From assembly GCA_038562375.1 (NCBI GenBank), contig JBCFAY010000009.1:7448-71447 (forward strand): 64,000 nucleotides of DNA, read 5' to 3'. This document shows positions 1-9,220 of the stretch, one piece after another (position 1 is the stretch's first letter; each line of letters begins with the position of its first letter). The position numbers and the translations under genes were made by a program. The notes under the pieces were generated by a model. That model was not told where the DNA came from. It ran no database searches and was given only the letters and a program-made list of their open reading frames with translations. This stretch comes from Bacillota bacterium (GTDB lineage: Bacteria > Bacillota > Clostridia > Christensenellales > CAG-138).

Positions 1-946
1 CGTGCGTGCGTCCGCAGGCGCAGGGTTCGGTGATCAGGCGCGAGATGTCGCGCGTGCGGTATCGAAGCAGCGGGAACGCCTCCTTGGAGACGGGCGTGAC
101 CACGACCTCGCCGTATTCGCCGTCGGGAACCGGCTCGCCGGTCTCGGGATTGATGATCTCCACGATAAAGTGATCCTCCGCGATGTGCAGCCCCGTTCTA
201 AGCTCGCACTCGCCGGACACGCCCGGGCCGATCAGCTCGCTCATGCCGTAGTTGTCCGTTGCGAGGATGCCGAAATTCTGCTCGATCAGCGCGCGCATCT
301 CGGGTGTGCAGCCTTCCGCGCCGAAGAGCCCTATGCGCAGCTTAAGCCTCTCGCGCAGATTGCGCTCCGCCGCGACCTCGCTCAGGTATACGGCGTAGGA
401 CGGGGTGGCCACAAGCACCGTGGTGCCGAAATCCTCCATGATCATCAGCTGCTTGTCCGTATTGCCCGAGGACATCGGGATCACCGTGCAGCCCACCTTC
501 TCGAGGCCCTGGTGCAGTCCGAGCGCGCCGGTAAAGAGGCCGTAGCCGAACGAGATCTGGGCGATATCGTCCTTTGTAACGCCCGTCATCACAATAAGCC
601 GGGCGACGCAGTCGCTCCAAACGTCGAGGTCGTGGCGCGTGTAGCCGACCACCGTAGGCTTGCCCGTGGTGCCGGAGCTCGCGTGGATGCGCACGACGTC
701 GCGCATGTCCGCCGCGAACATGCCGAACGGATAGTTGAGCCTTAAATCCTCCTTCGTCGTGAGGGGAATCCTCCTTAAATCCTCCAGCGAACGAATGTCC
801 TCCGGCTTGATCCCAAGGGAATCAAAACGCTCGCGATACAGGGGAACGCGGTTATAGACAAGCTCGACGGTCTTCTTCAGACGCTCCAGCTGAAGCTCCT
901 TGATCCGCTCGCGGGACATCGTCTCGATTTCCTGCTGAAAAAACAT
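1..946 (-). CDS. paaK: Phenylacetate-CoA ligase (PaaK-family adenylate-forming enzyme), first ~315 codons; the 3' end lies beyond the window edge
   Basis: It is absent from the ORF track because no stop codon falls inside the window. Reverse-strand translation from the ATG (cat at 944-946) reads [69 protein letters not shown]...[26 protein letters not shown]...[16 protein letters not shown]. That is the PaaK N-terminal domain plus the [11 protein letters not shown]-binding loop. An AGAGG Shine-Dalgarno sits 6 nt upstream. The plus-strand ORF 2..745 is its antisense shadow. Confidence 0.85.
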   Translation of the reverse strand, partial: MFFQQEIETMSRERIKELQLERLKKTVELVYNRVPLYRERFDSLGIKPEDIRSLEDLRRIPLTTKEDLRLNYPFGMFAADMRDVVRIHASSGTTGKPTVVGYTRHDLDVWSDCVARLIVMTGVTKDDIAQISFGYGLFTGALGLHQGLEKVGCTVIPMSSGNTDKQLMIMEDFGTTVLVATPSYAVYLSEVAAERNLRERLKLRIGLFGAEGCTPEMRALIEQNFGILATDNYGMSELIGPGVSGECELRTGLHIAEDHFIVEIINPETGEPVPDGEYGEVVVTPVSKEAFPLLRYRTRDISRLITEPCACGRTH

Positions 947-1027
947 GCTGCACCTCTCTCGGTTTGATTGATTCATCCGGTCGCGCCGCGCGCCCGGATT
1001 CGGAATGCATCGCGCTTAAGCCGCGCG

Positions 1028-1190
1028 AAAATATAAATAGGCCGCAGCGCACTCCGCTGCGGCCCTTTTAAAAGAGTCTATACAGGGGAACTACGCTTGA
1101 GACAACGCCGATTTGCCGCCCTTTAGGCGGCCCGAATAAGAATAGCTGACTGTTCCGATCAAAAGGCGCATCTGTTTCCCCTTTGCGATT
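1028..1190 (-). promoter_or_regulatory. Structured 5' leader of paaK ending in an intrinsic terminator (candidate attenuator or riboswitch, class unknown)
   Basis: On the minus strand, GGGGAAAC (fwd 1174-1181) can pair with GTTCCCC (fwd 1085-1091). Internal hairpin GCCGCCTAAAGGGCGGC. Motifs CTTATTCGGG (fwd 1131-1140) and GTATAG (fwd 1078-1083). The terminator stem GGCCGCAGCG/CGCTGCGGCC (fwd 1040-1064) is followed by UAUUUAUAUUUU (fwd 1039-1028), about 80 nt before the paaK start. Confidence 0.5.
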
Positions 1191-1196
1191 TGTTAT

Positions 1197-1225
1197 ATTA
1201 TATATTATCTCAACTCCCATTGCAA
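1197..1225 (-). promoter_or_regulatory. Sigma-A type promoter for the paaK leader
   Basis: Minus strand reads TTGCAA (1225-1220), a 17-nt spacer, then TATAAT (1202-1197). Confidence 0.6.
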
Positions 1226-1329
1226 GGGTCCGGCCGCTTTTGTGCGCCGCATGCGCGGCGGGTTGACAAGCGGAAAGGGTTGATTCGATTGTATTGATTC
1301 CGCCGGTTTTGCGGATAATAAAAAAAATC

Positions 1330-1358
1330 TTTACATCCCGGTTCCCGGGTGATATACT
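1330..1358 (+). promoter_or_regulatory. Sigma-A type promoter for the aromatic amino-acid operon leader
   Basis: TTTACA (1330-1335), a 17-nt spacer, then TATACT (1353-1358). It lies 105 nt from the divergent paaK promoter. Confidence 0.6.
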
Positions 1359-1364
1359 GCACCC

Positions 1365-1554
1365 AAGAATCCCTTTGGAGAATGTGGAATGCAACAGCGT
1401 CTGTTTACAAGCGAAGCCCTGTATTATAGCTTTTATGGTTATTCGTACAAAGCTTATTCGGGTTTTGCTGCAATGAACGCATAGCTCCCTGTTCCCCAAG
1501 GTATAGTGGGAAGTCAGGCGCCGCAGCAACAACCGCTGCGGCGCTTTATTGTTT
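1365..1554 (+). promoter_or_regulatory. Structured 5' leader of the aro operon ending in an intrinsic terminator (candidate attenuator or riboswitch, class unknown)
   Basis: It carries motifs CTTATTCGGG (1453-1462), GTTCCCC (1491-1497) and GTATAG (1501-1506). The terminator stem GCGCCGCAGC/GCTGCGGCGC (1518-1544) is followed by TTTATTGTTT (1545-1554), only ~27 nt before the aroF ATG. An upstream TTGCTGC can pair with GCAGCAA, which overlaps the left terminator arm and gives a possible antiterminator. Confidence 0.5.
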
Positions 1555-1580
1555 GCTAAAATGATTTGGAGGGAAGCGTT

Positions 1581-2603
1581 ATGGTCGTTATATTGAAGAA
1601 GGACCCCGAAGAAAAACAGCTGGAGAATCTCGTCGCATGGCTAAAGAGCCTCGGCGTGGAAATCCACGTCTCCAAGGGCAGCATGCATACCATACTCGGC
1701 CTGATCGGCGATACGTCGGTCGTGGATATCGATCTCTTGCTCGCCCTTGACATCGTGCAGGACGTCAAGCGCATACAGGAGCCGTTCAAAAACGCCAACC
1801 GGAAATTCCATCCCGAGGACAGCGTGATTACCGTCGGCGATACCGCGGTGGGCGGCGGCGCGTTCGCCCTGATCGCGGGGCCGTGCTCCATCGAATCGAG
1901 CGAGCAGCTCTGCGGCATCGCCCAAAGCGTCAAACAGGCGGGCGCAACGATGCTGCGCGGCGGCGCGTTCAAGCCGCGCACCTCGCCCTACGCATTCCAG
2001 GGGCTGCGCGGGCACGGGATCGACCTTTTACTCGAGGCGAGGGCGCAGACCGGCCTGCCCGTGGTGACGGAGATCATGGATCTCTCGCAGCTCGAGCTGT
2101 TTGAAAACGTCGATCTTATACAGGTGGGCGCGCGCAATATGCAGAACTTCGAGCTTTTAAAGGCGCTCGGCCGCGTCGATAAGCCCATCCTGCTAAAGCG
2201 CGGCCTCTCGAGCACGCTTCAGGAGCTTTTGATGAGCGCGGAATACATCATGGCAGGCGGAAACGAGCGCGTGATCCTCTGCGAGCGCGGCATCCGCACG
2301 TTCTCGGACTACACGCGAAACACGCTCGATATCTCCGCCGTGCCGGTGCTCAAGAGCCTGACGCACCTGCCGGTCATCGTCGATCCAAGCCACGCGACGG
2401 GCCTGAGCGAATTCGTCGCGCCCATGACGCTCGCGGCGGTCGCCGCCGGGGCGGACGGCGTGATGATCGAGGTGCACAATGACCCGCCGCACGCGCTCTG
2501 CGACGGCAGGCAGTCGATCACGCCCGAGGCGTTCGCTTCGCTCGCCCGCGGGGTGGAAGCGATCCGCCCGTTCGCGTTCGGCGCCAAAGGTGCGGGCGTA
2601 TGA
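1581..2603 (+). CDS. aroF: 3-deoxy-7-phosphoheptulonate (DAHP) synthase, type I-beta with N-terminal ferredoxin-like regulatory domain
   Basis: ORF 1566..2603. I moved the start to ATG 1581, which has GGAGGG 6-7 nt upstream. The catalytic core shows IAGPCSIES and KPRTSPYAFQG, preceded by an extra N-terminal domain of ~70 aa. Confidence 0.9.
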   Translation: MVVILKKDPEEKQLENLVAWLKSLGVEIHVSKGSMHTILGLIGDTSVVDIDLLLALDIVQDVKRIQEPFKNANRKFHPEDSVITVGDTAVGGGAFALIAGPCSIESSEQLCGIAQSVKQAGATMLRGGAFKPRTSPYAFQGLRGHGIDLLLEARAQTGLPVVTEIMDLSQLELFENVDLIQVGARNMQNFELLKALGRVDKPILLKRGLSSTLQELLMSAEYIMAGGNERVILCERGIRTFSDYTRNTLDISAVPVLKSLTHLPVIVDPSHATGLSEFVAPMTLAAVAAGADGVMIEVHNDPPHALCDGRQSITPEAFASLARGVEAIRPFAFGAKGAGV

Positions 2604-3442
2604 ACGTCGGGATCGTAGGGCTGGGACTCATCGGCGGGTCGCTCGCCAAGGCGCTCAAGGAGCGCACTTCCCACACCGTTTACGCGAGCGATTGCAACAA
2701 GAGCGTATACCTTCGCGCAAAGCTCGAGAACGCCGCAGACGCGCCGCTCGACGAGGCGGCGCTCCCAAAGTGCGACGTGATATTTCTTGCCCTTTACCCG
2801 CATGATACGATAGACTATCTAAAGACAAACGCCGCGCTTTTCTCCAAGGATGCGATCGTGATGGACTGCTGCGGCGTAAAGAAACCGGTCTGCGACGGGG
2901 CGTTCCCCATCGCGAAAGCGCACGGCTTTACGTTTATCGGCGCGCACCCGATGGCGGGAACGGCGGCTTTCGGCTTTGAGAGCTCCAAGGGCACGATGTT
3001 CCACAATGCGCCGATGATCCTCTGTCCCGCTCCCGGAACGCCGATCGAAACGCTGGACAAAGTGAGAAAGCTCTGCCTGGAGCTCGGTTTTTCGCGGACG
3101 CCGCGCGTAAGCCCCGAGGAGCACGACAGGATGATCGCCTACACCTCGCAGCTCGCGCATGTGGTCTCGAGCGCGTATGTGCGCTCCGCATCCTCCCAGG
3201 AGCATAGGAATTTCTCCGCCGGGAGCTTCCGGGACATGACGCGCGTCGCAAAGCTCAACGCCCCGATGTGGGCGGAGCTTTTCCTCGACAACCGCGACTT
3301 CCTCGCGGACGAGATCGACGCACTGTGCGCGCGCATGAAGGAATACTCCGCCGCTCTGAGAAGCGGCGACGAGGCGGCGCTCCTTCGCCTGCTCGAGGAG
3401 GGCACGGAGGCAAAGCTGCGCGCCGACGAAAGGGATAAGTAA
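2600..3442 (+). CDS. tyrA: Prephenate dehydrogenase
   Basis: N-terminal Rossmann motif VGIVGLGLIGGSLA and the GAHPMAG motif. ATGA overlap with the aroF stop. Confidence 0.85.
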   Translation: MNVGIVGLGLIGGSLAKALKERTSHTVYASDCNKSVYLRAKLENAADAPLDEAALPKCDVIFLALYPHDTIDYLKTNAALFSKDAIVMDCCGVKKPVCDGAFPIAKAHGFTFIGAHPMAGTAAFGFESSKGTMFHNAPMILCPAPGTPIETLDKVRKLCLELGFSRTPRVSPEEHDRMIAYTSQLAHVVSSAYVRSASSQEHRNFSAGSFRDMTRVAKLNAPMWAELFLDNRDFLADEIDALCARMKEYSAALRSGDEAALLRLLEEGTEAKLRADERDK

Positions 3443-3443
3443 C

Positions 3444-4508
3444 ATGCACACGCTAAGGATCAACGCGTCCGTTGCCTATGACGTCGTTATCGGGCACGGG
3501 CTGCTCGCGGAGGCGGGCGACCGGTTGAAGGCGCTTTTGCCGCCCTGCCGCGCCGCCGTCGTCAGCGACTCAAACGTTTGGCCGCTCTACGGCAAGCGGG
3601 TAATAGGTTCGCTCAAAAGCGCGGGCTTTGATCCAATCCATTTCACCGTCGAGGCGGGCGAAGCTTCAAAATCCATGCGCACGCTCGCCGCTTTGCTTGA
3701 ATTTCTCGCAGGCGAACGCATTACGCGTTCGGACGTCCTCGTCGCGCTCGGCGGCGGAGTCGTGGGCGATCTGACCGGCTTCGCCGCCGCCTGCTACCTT
3801 CGCGGCGTGCGCTTCATACAGCTGCCCACCACGGTGCTCGCAATCGTCGACTCCTCCGTCGGCGGCAAAACCGCCGTCAATCTCGCGGCGGGAAAAAATC
3901 TCGCGGGCGCGTTCCATCAACCTTCGCTGGTAATCGCGGATCTCGACGCCTTCGCGACGCTCCCGCGCGATGTGGCCGCAGACGGCATGGTCGAAGCGCT
4001 CAAGGCCGGCGTATTGCGCGATGAAGCGCTCTTCGACAGGCTCGCGCGCAATGTTTCGCCGACCCTTTCGGAAGAGGACGCCGCGCGCTGCGTCGCCATC
4101 AAGGCGGAATTTGTCGCGGAGGATGAGTTCGACCGCGGCGTCCGCCAGCAGCTCAATCTCGGACATACGCTCGGGCACGCCGTCGAGCGGCTGAGCGGAT
4201 TTGCGCTCCCGCACGGGCACGCCGTCGCTATCGGCATGGCGCTCGCCGCGCGCGGCGCGTTCGCACGGGGTTTGACCGACGCAGAAACGCCGCTTCGCAT
4301 CGAGGCCGCGCTGAAGAACCTCCGGCTTCCGGTGAGTTCGCCATATAGCGCACAAGAGCTTTACGAAGCCGCTCTCACGGACAAGAAGCGCTCCGGCGGG
4401 CAGGTGACGCTGGTGCTCCCCCGGCGCATCGGCAAATGCGAGCTCGCGCCGTTGCCGCTTGAACAATTTTCAGACTTCATCCGCGCGGCGCTGGAGGTGC
4501 GCCTATGA
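3444..4508 (+). CDS. aroB: 3-dehydroquinate synthase
   Basis: Motifs GGGVVGDLTGFAAA, SSVGGKTAVN, LGHTLGHAVE and HGHAVAIG. Confidence 0.92.
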   Translation: MHTLRINASVAYDVVIGHGLLAEAGDRLKALLPPCRAAVVSDSNVWPLYGKRVIGSLKSAGFDPIHFTVEAGEASKSMRTLAALLEFLAGERITRSDVLVALGGGVVGDLTGFAAACYLRGVRFIQLPTTVLAIVDSSVGGKTAVNLAAGKNLAGAFHQPSLVIADLDAFATLPRDVAADGMVEALKAGVLRDEALFDRLARNVSPTLSEEDAARCVAIKAEFVAEDEFDRGVRQQLNLGHTLGHAVERLSGFALPHGHAVAIGMALAARGAFARGLTDAETPLRIEAALKNLRLPVSSPYSAQELYEAALTDKKRSGGQVTLVLPRRIGKCELAPLPLEQFSDFIRAALEVRL

Positions 4509-5755
4509 GGATCTGCATTCAGCCTTCCCCGCTTTCGGGAAAGGTCCGCGCCATCGCCTCCAAGTCCGACGCGCACCGGCTCTTAATCGCCGCCGCGCTC
4601 GCGGATGCGCCCACGAAGCTGCTGCTGCGCGGCGGCTCCAGGGATATCGACGCGACCGTGCGCTCGCTCACCGCGCTCGGCGCCGTCATTACCCGCGCGC
4701 AGGGATCCCTTACGGTGGAGCCCATCCGGGGAACGCCCGCATCGCCCGTGCTTGCCTGCGGCGAGAGCGCATCCACGATGCGCTTTCTGCTGCCGGTCGC
4801 CCCGGCGCTGTGCTCCGGCGTGCGCTTCACGGCAGAAGGACGTTTGCCCAAACGGCCGCTTTCGCCCCTTAAGGAGCGCATGGAGGAGCACGGCGTAAAC
4901 TTCCTCGCGCTGCCCGACGGGGTCTCGCTCACCGGAAGGCTTTCCGGCGGAAGTTACGAACTCCCCGGCGACGTGAGCTCCCAGTTCATCAGCGGCCTGT
5001 TGTTCGCGCTCCCGCTCACAAAAGAGGGCGGACAGATCCGCCTGACGACAAGGCTGCAGTCCGCCGGTTATGTCGATATGACGCTTGAGACGCTCGAGCG
5101 CTTCAAAATCCGCGTCGAGCGAAAGGACAACGTCTTTCGCGTGGAAGGCGGGCAAGCGTACCGCTCGCCCGGCGAGATTGCCGTGGAAGGGGATTGGTCC
5201 AACGCCGCGTTCTTCCTCGCGGCGGGCGCCGTCGGCGGCGACGTGACGGTGACGGGCCTGAACCAAAGCTCTCTTCAATGCGATCGCGCGATTTATCCGA
5301 TCCTCGAGAGCATGGGTGCGGACATCTCCTGGCAGAACGGCGCGCTGCGCGTAAAAAAGAGCGCGCTGAAAGGCATCGAAATCGATGCGGGCGACTGCCC
5401 CGACCTCGTTCCGATCCTCGCGTCGCTCGCCGCCTACGCCGAGGGCGAGACGCGCATCTACAATGCCGCGCGCCTAAGGATCAAGGAAAGCGACCGGCTT
5501 GAGGCCATGGCGAAGAACCTCTCCTCTATGGGCGCGGACATCACCGAGCTTCCCGACCAGCTCGTGATCCGCGGCGGCAGCCCGCTGCACTCGACGCGGC
5601 TCTCGAGCTTCCACGACCACCGGATCGCGATGTCGCTCGCCGTCGCGGCATCGACCGTCGGGGGCATCATCGCCCACGCCGACGCGGTGGATAAATCCTA
5701 TCCGCTCTTCTTCAAGGATTACAATAAGCTTGGGGGAATCGCCAATGTCCTCTAG
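4505..5755 (+). CDS. aroA: 3-phosphoshikimate 1-carboxyvinyltransferase (EPSP synthase)
   Basis: Motifs SKSDAHRLLIAAALA, LRIKESDRL and DHRIAMSLAVAA. 4-nt overlap with aroB. Confidence 0.93.
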   Translation: MRICIQPSPLSGKVRAIASKSDAHRLLIAAALADAPTKLLLRGGSRDIDATVRSLTALGAVITRAQGSLTVEPIRGTPASPVLACGESASTMRFLLPVAPALCSGVRFTAEGRLPKRPLSPLKERMEEHGVNFLALPDGVSLTGRLSGGSYELPGDVSSQFISGLLFALPLTKEGGQIRLTTRLQSAGYVDMTLETLERFKIRVERKDNVFRVEGGQAYRSPGEIAVEGDWSNAAFFLAAGAVGGDVTVTGLNQSSLQCDRAIYPILESMGADISWQNGALRVKKSALKGIEIDAGDCPDLVPILASLAAYAEGETRIYNAARLRIKESDRLEAMAKNLSSMGADITELPDQLVIRGGSPLHSTRLSSFHDHRIAMSLAVAASTVGGIIAHADAVDKSYPLFFKDYNKLGGIANVL

Positions 5756-6818
5756 TTTCGGCCATACGATCAAAATCACGCTGTTCGGTCAGTCCCATTC
5801 CGAGGCGATCGGGGTGGTGATCGACGGGCTGCCCGCGGGCGAGCCGGTCGATCTCGCCCTCGTGGAGGCGTTCCTTGCGCGCCGCGCGCCCGGACAGAAC
5901 GCGCTCTCTACGCCCCGGCGTGAAAAGGACAAACCTATCATCCTATCCGGCCTCGTCGACGGGCACACCTGCGGCGCGCCGCTCTGCGCGATCATCGAAA
6001 ACAAGGATGCGCGCCCGGCCGATTACGCGGCGCTTTCCAATTTGCCCCGCCCCTCCCATGCGGATTACCCCGCTTTTATCAAGCACCGCGGCCAGAACGA
6101 CATCCGCGGCGGCGGGCATTTCAGCGCCAGGCTCACCGCTCCCCTGTGCTTTGCCGGAGCGGTCTGCAAACAGCTGCTCGAACGCAGGGGCGTCGTCGTG
6201 GGCGCGCACATTCTGAGCGTCGGCCAGGCGTTTGACGCGCCGTTTGACCCGGTGAACGTTTCGGCGGACGAACTTTCGGCCATATCGGAACGCCGTTTGC
6301 CCGTATTGGACGAGGCCGCCCTCCCCGCGATCGAGGAGGAAATCCTCGCCGCTTCAAAAGAGCTTGATTCCGTCGGCGGCACGGTCGAATGCTGCGCGAT
6401 CGGCCTGCCCGTCGGTCTCGGCGAACCGATGTTCGACGGCATCGAAAACAGGCTTGCCGCTGCGCTCTTCGGCATCCCCGCCGTGCGCGGCGTGGAGTTC
6501 GGCGCTGGGTTTCGCGCGGCCGAAATGCGCGGCAGCGCCCACAACGACCCGTACTGCGTCAGGGACGGCCGCGTCGAAACCGCGACCAATCACCACGGCG
6601 GCGTATTGGGCGGCCTTACGACCGGTATGCCGCTCCTGCTGTGCGCCGCTTTCAAGCCCACGCCCTCGATCCCGAGAGAGCAGCGCACCGTCGACCTCGT
6701 TTTGCTTTCGGAACAATCCCTGGCCATCCGCGGCCGGCACGACCCGTGCGTGGTTGTGCGCGCAGTCCCCGTCGTCGAGGCGGTGACCGCGGCTGTGTTG
6801 CTGGATTTTATCATTTAA
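5745..6818 (+). CDS. aroC: Chorismate synthase
   Basis: ORF 5730..6818. I moved the start to ATG 5745 (MSSSFGHTIKITLFGQSHSEAIGVVIDGLPAG). C-terminal RGRHDPCVVVRAVPVVEA. Confidence 0.92.
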   Translation: MSSSFGHTIKITLFGQSHSEAIGVVIDGLPAGEPVDLALVEAFLARRAPGQNALSTPRREKDKPIILSGLVDGHTCGAPLCAIIENKDARPADYAALSNLPRPSHADYPAFIKHRGQNDIRGGGHFSARLTAPLCFAGAVCKQLLERRGVVVGAHILSVGQAFDAPFDPVNVSADELSAISERRLPVLDEAALPAIEEEILAASKELDSVGGTVECCAIGLPVGLGEPMFDGIENRLAAALFGIPAVRGVEFGAGFRAAEMRGSAHNDPYCVRDGRVETATNHHGGVLGGLTTGMPLLLCAAFKPTPSIPREQRTVDLVLLSEQSLAIRGRHDPCVVVRAVPVVEAVTAAVLLDFII

Positions 6819-6830
6819 AAAGGAGATCGT

Positions 6831-7985
6831 ATGGAACAAGATAAGCTCGCCCTGGTTCGCGCGCAGATCGACGAGATCGACAAGGAGCTTTGCAGGCTCT
6901 TTGAGGCGCGCATGGAAGCCGCGCGCGAAGCCGCGCGCTATAAGCTCGAACACGACATGCCCGTTTACGCGCCGTCGAGGGAGCGCGAGATCCTCGTTTC
7001 CCGCTCGCGCGAGGTCAAGCCGGAGCTTTCGGGCTATGCCCGAGTGCTCTACGCGACGCTGTTCGACCTGAGCCGCTCCTATCAGAGCGCACTGATGGCC
7101 GGGAATGCCGCCATGATCAAAGAGATCGAGGACGCGATCGCTTCCTCGCCCGAACGCCTCCCGTCCGAGGCGACCGTCGCCTGCCAGGGCGTGGAGGGGG
7201 CGTATTCGCAGCTCGCGTGCGACAGGCTGTTCTCGCTCGCCAACATCCTCTACTTCAACCGTTTCGACGGCGTGTTCCGCGCGGTGGAGCAGGGACTTTG
7301 CACCTACGGCATCCTGCCGGTGGAAAACAGCATCCACGGCACGGTCACCGAGGTATACGACCTGATGAAGCAGTACCGTTTCCACATCGTCAAGAGCCTA
7401 AGGATGCGCATCAACCACTGCCTGCTCGCGCTGCCCGGCGCGTCGCTCTCCGGCATAAAGGAGGTCTTCTCCCATGAGCAGGCGCTCGGCCAGTGCGGGG
7501 ATTTCCTAAAGACGCTCAAGGGCGCCCGCGTGACGCCGGTAGAGAACACCGCCATCGCCGCCAAGCAGCTCGCCGAATCCAAGCGGCGCGACGCGGCGGT
7601 CATCGCCTCGCGCGAGGCCGCTGCAGCGTATGGGCTCGTGCCGCTCACGGAAAACATCTCGAATTCCGACGGCAATTTCACGCGCTTTATCCTGATCACA
7701 AAGGATTTGGAAGTTCTGCCCGGCGCGAACCGCATCAGCCTGATGCTCTCCACAGAGCATAAGCCCGGCGCGCTCTACCGCGTGCTCGCGCGATTCGCGG
7801 CGCTCGGATACAACCTCACCAAGCTTGAGAGCCGCCCCGTCCCCGGCAGCGATTTCGAGTTCCTGTTCTACGCGGACGTCGAGGCGTCGGTGCGGGACGA
7901 GGCCGCGCGCAAACTGCTCGCGGATTTAAAGCAGAGCCAGCCGCGCTGCGACCTTTTGGGCTGCTATATGGAGGAATGCGTATGA
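6831..7985 (+). CDS. pheA: Bifunctional chorismate mutase / prephenate dehydratase with C-terminal ACT domain
   Basis: An N-terminal AroQ-type chorismate mutase helix (LVRAQIDEIDKELCRLFEARMEAAREAARYK). A prephenate dehydratase core (VACQGVEGAYSQLA, TRFILI). An ACT region with LTKLESRP. Confidence 0.9.
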   Translation: MEQDKLALVRAQIDEIDKELCRLFEARMEAAREAARYKLEHDMPVYAPSREREILVSRSREVKPELSGYARVLYATLFDLSRSYQSALMAGNAAMIKEIEDAIASSPERLPSEATVACQGVEGAYSQLACDRLFSLANILYFNRFDGVFRAVEQGLCTYGILPVENSIHGTVTEVYDLMKQYRFHIVKSLRMRINHCLLALPGASLSGIKEVFSHEQALGQCGDFLKTLKGARVTPVENTAIAAKQLAESKRRDAAVIASREAAAAYGLVPLTENISNSDGNFTRFILITKDLEVLPGANRISLMLSTEHKPGALYRVLARFAALGYNLTKLESRPVPGSDFEFLFYADVEASVRDEAARKLLADLKQSQPRCDLLGCYMEECV

Positions 7986-9220
7986 GGTGCGGCCTGCTCG
8001 GGCGCAGGCTCGGGCACAGCCACTCGCCGCGGATCCACGCCCTGTTCGCGGACTACGCGTTCGAGCTGTTCGAGCGCGAGCCGGAGGGGCTCAACGCGTT
8101 TTTTAAAGAACAAGCGTTCGACGGGCTGATGGTCACCATCCCCTACAAGCGCGACGTCATGCGCTATTGCGCGCGCATCGACCCCGCCGCAGCCCGCATC
8201 GGCGCCTTAAATGCGCTCGCACGCGAAAGCGACGGCAGCCTTACCGGCTACAATACCGATTATTTCGGCTTCCTTTCGCTCGCCGATCATGCTAAAATCG
8301 ATCTTGGCGTCAACAAAGCGCTGGTGCTCGGCACCGGCGGTACGAGCCGGACGGTCTCGCTCGCGCTCGAGGATCGCGGCGCAAAAGAGGTTCTTCAGGT
8401 ATCCCGCGAGGGAACGCTCAACTATGCGAACATCGGCCGACATGCCGACGCGGAGCTGATCGTCAATACCACGCCGGTAGGTATGTCGCCGGACATCACG
8501 AGCGCGCCTGTCGAGCTTTCCATGTTCCCTTCTCTCAAGGGTGTGATCGACGTCGTGTACAATCCGCTGCGCACCAAGCTGGTGCTCGACGCGCGGCGCC
8601 TGAGTCTCCCCGCGGCGGGGGGGCTCTATATGCTCGTAGCGCAGGCAAAAGCGGCGGCGGAGCTGTTTTGCAGGACCCCGATCCCCGAGGAACTTGTGCT
8701 CAAAGCGTTTCAAACCATGAGCCGCGCGCTTGAAAACATCGTGCTCGTCGGAATGCCCGGCTCCGGCAAAACGGCAATCGGCCGACGGCTCGCAGAAAAG
8801 ATGGGCCGAGAGTTCTATGATACCGACGCGCGCGTGGAGGCGCTCGCGGGCAAGAGCATCCCCGAGATCTTCAACGAGAACGGCGAGCCCGCGTTTCGCG
8901 CGCTGGAGCGCCGGGCTGTAAAGGAGCTTGCCGGGCACACCAAAATCGTGCTCGCCACGGGCGGCGGCGCGCCGCTTGATATCGGAAACAGAGATGCGCT
9001 GCGCTCGAGCGGTTATATCGTCTGCCTGCAACGTGAACTTTCCGCGCTCGCGCGCGAAGGCAGGCCTCTTTCGGCCGACCCCGCCGCCCTTGAGAAAATG
9101 GCCGAGGTCCGGCTGCCGATATACCGCGATTATGCGGACCTTTGCATAAAAAACGAAGGCGCGATCGACGCTATCGTCGACGCCATTTTGGAGGAATACA
9201 ATGCGCATCCTTGTAATTAA
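7982..9220 (+). CDS. aroE: Fused shikimate dehydrogenase (N-terminal) / shikimate kinase (C-terminal)
   Basis: ORF 7976..9220. Start 7982 is preferred because it has GGAGG 7 nt upstream and an ATGA overlap with the pheA stop. The N-terminal half (GLLGRRLGHSHSPRIH...VLGTGGTSRTV) is AroE-like. The C-terminal ~165 aa begin IVLVGMPGSGKTAIGRRLAEKMGREFYDTDA, an AroK P-loop. Confidence 0.85.
   Translation: MRCGLLGRRLGHSHSPRIHALFADYAFELFEREPEGLNAFFKEQAFDGLMVTIPYKRDVMRYCARIDPAAARIGALNALARESDGSLTGYNTDYFGFLSLADHAKIDLGVNKALVLGTGGTSRTVSLALEDRGAKEVLQVSREGTLNYANIGRHADAELIVNTTPVGMSPDITSAPVELSMFPSLKGVIDVVYNPLRTKLVLDARRLSLPAAGGLYMLVAQAKAAAELFCRTPIPEELVLKAFQTMSRALENIVLVGMPGSGKTAIGRRLAEKMGREFYDTDARVEALAGKSIPEIFNENGEPAFRALERRAVKELAGHTKIVLATGGGAPLDIGNRDALRSSGYIVCLQRELSALAREGRPLSADPAALEKMAEVRLPIYRDYADLCIKNEGAIDAIVDAILEEYNAHPCN

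Noticed and set aside
2-745. 247-aa plus-strand ORF at the window start
   Set aside because: It is the antisense shadow of paaK. Its translation is Arg/Ala/His-rich with no recognisable motifs, whereas the opposite strand gives a clean PaaK sequence.
1365-1554. T-box leader or 6S RNA as an explanation for the aro leader
   Set aside because: For T-box, I found no T-box sequence (GGGTGGTACCGCG-like), no specifier-loop/AGAGA/GNUGA arrangement, and no UGGN bulge. For 6S RNA, the length (~185 nt) and some end pairing fit, but the element sits directly in front of an operon with a terminator 27 nt before the start codon, and it shares motifs with the paaK leader. That favours a cis-acting attenuator. 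Neither option can be fully excluded without cmscan.
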